Shown here: positions 26,344 to 28,942 of the stretch, in pieces
Numbering within the stretch: the stretch's first letter is position 1
Layout: the number at the start of each line of letters is the position of its first letter
Origin: a virus
Lineage: Duplodnaviria > Caudoviricetes
Reading direction: 5' to 3' (one strand)
DNA: 28,942 bases
Virus record (IMG/VR): IMGVR_UViG_3300035670_001003
Coordinates: 1 to 28,942 of that record
Made by a program: the position numbers and the translations under genes
The notes under the pieces: model-generated
What the model was told of the DNA's origin: nothing
The model's input: only the letters and a program-made list of their open reading frames with translations
Databases searched by the model: none

Positions 26344-27761
26344 CGCCGCACCTTGGCATCGTCGACGACGACGTCCCACCGCGTGCGCAGCTTTACACCG
26401 CACCAATGCCACACGCCTGCGGTTCCGTCGCGGTGTTCCGAGAAACCCTTGCGCAACATATCGGGCTTTAGCGCACGGTCCGAAATCGGGCGGTATTCGC
26501 GCGCTTCGAGCCACATGCGCAGGGCACCTCGGAAAGCTTCTTTCGTCACCATCACGCCGTCGCCGAGGATGCACTCCTCTTCGATGAAGCCGCCGAGGAT
26601 GTCCTCCTCCTTGCGATACCCCTCGGTTGCGGAGCGCACGGCCTCGCACCACCCCAACTTGTGCTGCCGGAACAGGCGGCACCCTTCCAGCGCCCACGCC
26701 AAAATGCCAGGGGCCTCGTCGGCAAGCTTGCGGTCGAGCTCGATGTCCATCTCGGCTTCTGTGAGGCGGGCATTGAACGGGATCACGCGCATGCGGCGCC
26801 AAATCCCGTTGTCGGTGCCGCGCAGCCGCGGGCGGTCGTTGCCTGAAATCCAGAACGTGTGCGTCGCGGCAAACTCGTACAGGTCTTGCCGCATCTTGCG
26901 CGCGCGGATGCGGTCGCCGCCCGTGAGCATCTTGATCTTGACCTCATCCCACGCCGACCCCCGCGGCACTTCGGTACCGATGACCATACGGCAACCTTCA
27001 AGGTCGGCCAGCTCGGTGAGGTGCGCATCGCTCTTGCGCTCGACAAGCATGTTGGGCGGCAGGGTCTGGCCGTAATCGCCGAGGAGGTCGACAAGGGTGT
27101 TCAAGAACGTGCCCTTGCCGTTGCCGCCGTCGCCGCTGCAAAACAAGAACACGTGTTCCTGTTGCCGACCGATCAGGCTCATGCCCACCGCCCGCTGCAA
27201 CCACGCGGCGAGCTCGGCGTCGTTGCAGGTCACGAAGCGCAGGAACGCGTCCCAGGTCGGCGTCGGCTGGAACGGGTTCGGGGCGACGCGCGTCGACTTT
27301 GAGTGCAGCAACTCGGGCTTGTTGGGGCCTTCGCCGCCGTCGTCGGCGAGGCTCCACACTCCCGCAGGCGTGTTGAGCTCGAAGACGCGGGTGTCGAAGT
27401 CCGCAGCCACGCACGCAATGCCTTCCATGTGCGCGCACAGCCGCACCATATCTTCCTGCGCCCGACGGCTCGACGTGCGGTGGATGTGCGCGGCGTAAGC
27501 TGCGCGGGCGCTCTTGTGCTGCGTGCCTTTGGCGTCGGTCTCGGCGTCGTCGGACAGGTCGGGCAGTTCGTCGCGCATGTGCCGCACGACGTCGGCGGCT
27601 TTGCGATAGACAAGCGCGGGCTGGTGCGAACGCCACTTCGGCGGTTGCCACACTCGCCACTCGCCGCGGTCTTGCAGGTAACGCAGGGTGTCGCCGTGCA
27701 AGGCTGCAAGGCGGGCGGCGTTCCCGAGGTCGTCAAGTCCTGGCAGGTCGGAAAGCTTCAC
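26340..27761 (-). CDS. P4/D5-family SF3 helicase (D5_N + ATPase)
   Basis: DDLGNAARL, Walker A GDGGNGKGT, IKMLTGGDRIRAR, GNDRP and GIWRRMRVIPF; GAGGTG RBS with GTG start. Confidence 0.93.
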   Translation of the reverse strand: MKLSDLPGLDDLGNAARLAALHGDTLRYLQDRGEWRVWQPPKWRSHQPALVYRKAADVVRHMRDELPDLSDDAETDAKGTQHKSARAAYAAHIHRTSSRRAQEDMVRLCAHMEGIACVAADFDTRVFELNTPAGVWSLADDGGEGPNKPELLHSKSTRVAPNPFQPTPTWDAFLRFVTCNDAELAAWLQRAVGMSLIGRQQEHVFLFCSGDGGNGKGTFLNTLVDLLGDYGQTLPPNMLVERKSDAHLTELADLEGCRMVIGTEVPRGSAWDEVKIKMLTGGDRIRARKMRQDLYEFAATHTFWISGNDRPRLRGTDNGIWRRMRVIPFNARLTEAEMDIELDRKLADEAPGILAWALEGCRLFRQHKLGWCEAVRSATEGYRKEEDILGGFIEEECILGDGVMVTKEAFRGALRMWLEAREYRPISDRALKPDMLRKGFSEHRDGTAGVWHWCGVKLRTRWDVVVDDAKVRR

Positions 27762-27767
27762 AGTTGC

Positions 27768-27873
27768 ACCTCGGCTGCCGACACCTGCCCGGTACCGTGA
27801 AGCACCCCGAGTCCGCGCGGAGACAGATACGCGGGTCGAGCACGGTACCGAACAGGTGTCGACGGTCGAAGGT
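27768..27873 (-). promoter_or_regulatory. Long RNA hairpin in helicase 5' leader
   Basis: 23 consecutive pairs (3 G-U) between 27841-27863 and 27777-27799, with further pairing in the loop and over the RBS. Confidence 0.7.
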
Positions 27874-27932
27874 CCACGGGGTCTCCTGTGTTCTCGCGCG
27901 GTTGCTGGTGCTAGCAGCGGTGCCGCCGAGGC

Positions 27933-27961
27933 AGTCTAGACGGGGTGCCGGAGTGTGTCAA
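27933..27961 (-). promoter_or_regulatory. Sigma70-type promoter for replication genes
   Basis: TTGACA-N17-TAGACT on the - strand. Confidence 0.75.
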
Positions 27962-27972
27962 GGAGAAAGTTA

Positions 27973-28094
27973 TGCAAGGGTCTGCAAGGTTTGCAAGCTT
28001 GTTTTGCTCGTTCCCCTCTGTATGTAAGACCCTCTTAGGGGGTGTATATGTGTGCGTGTACAAAACAAGCTTGCAAAGCTTGCAGAAGCTTGCA
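27973..28094. repeat. Putative replication origin: 34-bp inverted repeat arms of three TGCAAG iterons each, around an AT-richer spacer
   Basis: Arms 27973-28006 and 28061-28094 are reverse complements with 3 mismatches (17-bp perfect core); AAGCTTGCA occurs at 28067, 28076 and 28086. Confidence 0.7.
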
Positions 28095-28168
28095 CGTCTA
28101 GCGTTTAGACTTCTGCGAACCCATGCGGCAAGCTTGCGGAAAACGGGACGACCCTTGCAGGTCGACGG

Positions 28169-28411
28169 TCACTTGCCGAGAAACGTCAGCACCCGCGGTT
28201 GGAACGACGGCACCTGTCGGTTCGGCCCGACGCAATCGGGGCGCGGCTCGAACCTGTCGATCGTCCTGCCTTCCCACCGCATCGGGTAGAGCGTCGACGG
28301 TGGCCCGTAACGTGCTTCGACGTTCGCGCCGCAGATGCGGCAACGGTACCGCGACCACGGGTAGACTGCGTCGCCGAGCAACTGCCAACTGTGTCGGAGC
28401 TGGCGGCTCAT
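28169..28411 (-). CDS. Hypothetical protein (H..CxxC..C, possible Zn binder)
   Basis: ATGA overlap with the upstream gene; 80 aa MSRQLRHSW...CRIC... Confidence 0.55.
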   Translation of the reverse strand: MSRQLRHSWQLLGDAVYPWSRYRCRICGANVEARYGPPSTLYPMRWEGRTIDRFEPRPDCVGPNRQVPSFQPRVLTFLGK

Positions 28412-28590
28412 GACAGGGCCGCGGCGATGAGCAGGGCGAGACCGAAGAAGCCGACGATCAGGGCGTACTCGACGACGGCAACGAACACCTCGGCGCGGCG
28501 GTGCGACGCTGCGCAGGTGGTGCAGCGTTCGGGGCGGGCGGTAACGGTCAGGCAATCGCGGCACTGGTGGCGGGTAGGGGTCGTGTGCAT
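28408..28590 (-). CDS. Zinc-ribbon plus C-terminal TM protein
   Basis: CRDC..CTTC followed by a hydrophobic C-terminus; GAGGT RBS; first gene after the leftward promoter. Confidence 0.65.
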   Translation of the reverse strand: MHTTPTRHQCRDCLTVTARPERCTTCAASHRRAEVFVAVVEYALIVGFFGLALLIAAALS

Positions 28591-28624
28591 GTGTACCTCG
28601 GCAGCCGTCGTGGCTGTTGTCGGC

Positions 28625-28653
28625 AACATAACCTTGCAGCGAAGTAGTGTCAA
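28625..28653 (-). promoter_or_regulatory. Leftward (early) sigma70-type promoter
   Basis: TTGACA-N17-TATGTT on the - strand. Confidence 0.7.
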
Positions 28654-28712
28654 GGAAAGTACACAAGCCTTCAGTGTTGCGGACAGACAAGAACACGCAG
28701 TTCGCGGCGTTG

Positions 28713-28741
28713 TTGACGGCACCGCGGCCCGTGCGCAAACT
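28713..28741 (+). promoter_or_regulatory. Rightward promoter candidate for packaging/structural arm
   Basis: TTGACG-N17-CAAACT upstream of AGGAGG and ATG 28762. Confidence 0.45.
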
Positions 28742-28761
28742 GTCAGCAGGAGGTGCCAGGT

Positions 28762-28942
28762 ATGCGCACAGTCCAGGTAGGTGACCCCGCAATCGATCGC
28801 GCGTTACGCGAGGCTGCGGTGTGGTGGTATCGCTTCGGTGTTCCCGCGGCTGAGGCTGCGGTCTGCATCGTGCGGGCAAACGTAAGTGTGCAGAAACGCA
28901 GACTACCCCGTATTCGTTTCTGGAAACGGGGGGTTAGCGGCT
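28762..28942 (+). CDS. Basic hypothetical protein spanning the window junction (79 aa if circular, ending at TAG 57-59)
   Basis: AGGAGG RBS; MRTVQVGDPAIDRALREAAVWWYRFG... is open to the end and continues SFRPPHIFCNRSKKKQRRR* across base 1; absent from the ORF track. Confidence 0.6.
   Translation, partial: MRTVQVGDPAIDRALREAAVWWYRFGVPAAEAAVCIVRANVSVQKRRLPRIRFWKRGVSG

Noticed and set aside
27973-28094. Repeats considered as a CRISPR mini-array or transposon ends
   Set aside because: Units are 9-10 bp with no unique spacers, no cas or transposase genes, and no target duplication.
1-28942. Integrase/att site, CI repressor, tRNA genes, alternative genetic code
   Set aside because: None recognised; genes are intact under the standard code and use all three stop codons.

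Overview
The window appears to be the complete (or circularised) ~28.9 kb genome of a GC-rich, siphovirus-like tailed phage. An ORF starting at 28762 runs off the right end and, when joined to base 1, closes at TAG 57-59, just before terS. The + arm (63-20128) carries terminase, portal, scaffold, a Mu gpT-like capsid, neck, tail tube, a G/GT chaperone pair with a GGGAAAC -1 frameshift, tape measure, tail tip/adsorption genes and a lysis cassette. The - arm (28590 down to ~19964) carries an SF3/D5 helicase, a separate RepB-type primase, a PD-(D/E)XK exonuclease, an uncharacterised OB-fold-like protein, SSB, a RuvC-like resolvase, a lytic transglycosylase, an orphan adenine MTase and many small ORFs. 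I recognised no integrase, transposase, CI repressor, DNA polymerase, tRNA or CRISPR array. The most notable unexplained structure is a compact replication-control unit: a convergent-iteron putative origin (27973-28094), a sigma70 promoter beside it, and a ~105-nt hairpin whose base can cover the helicase RBS. All protein calls come from motif recognition by eye, not from database searches.
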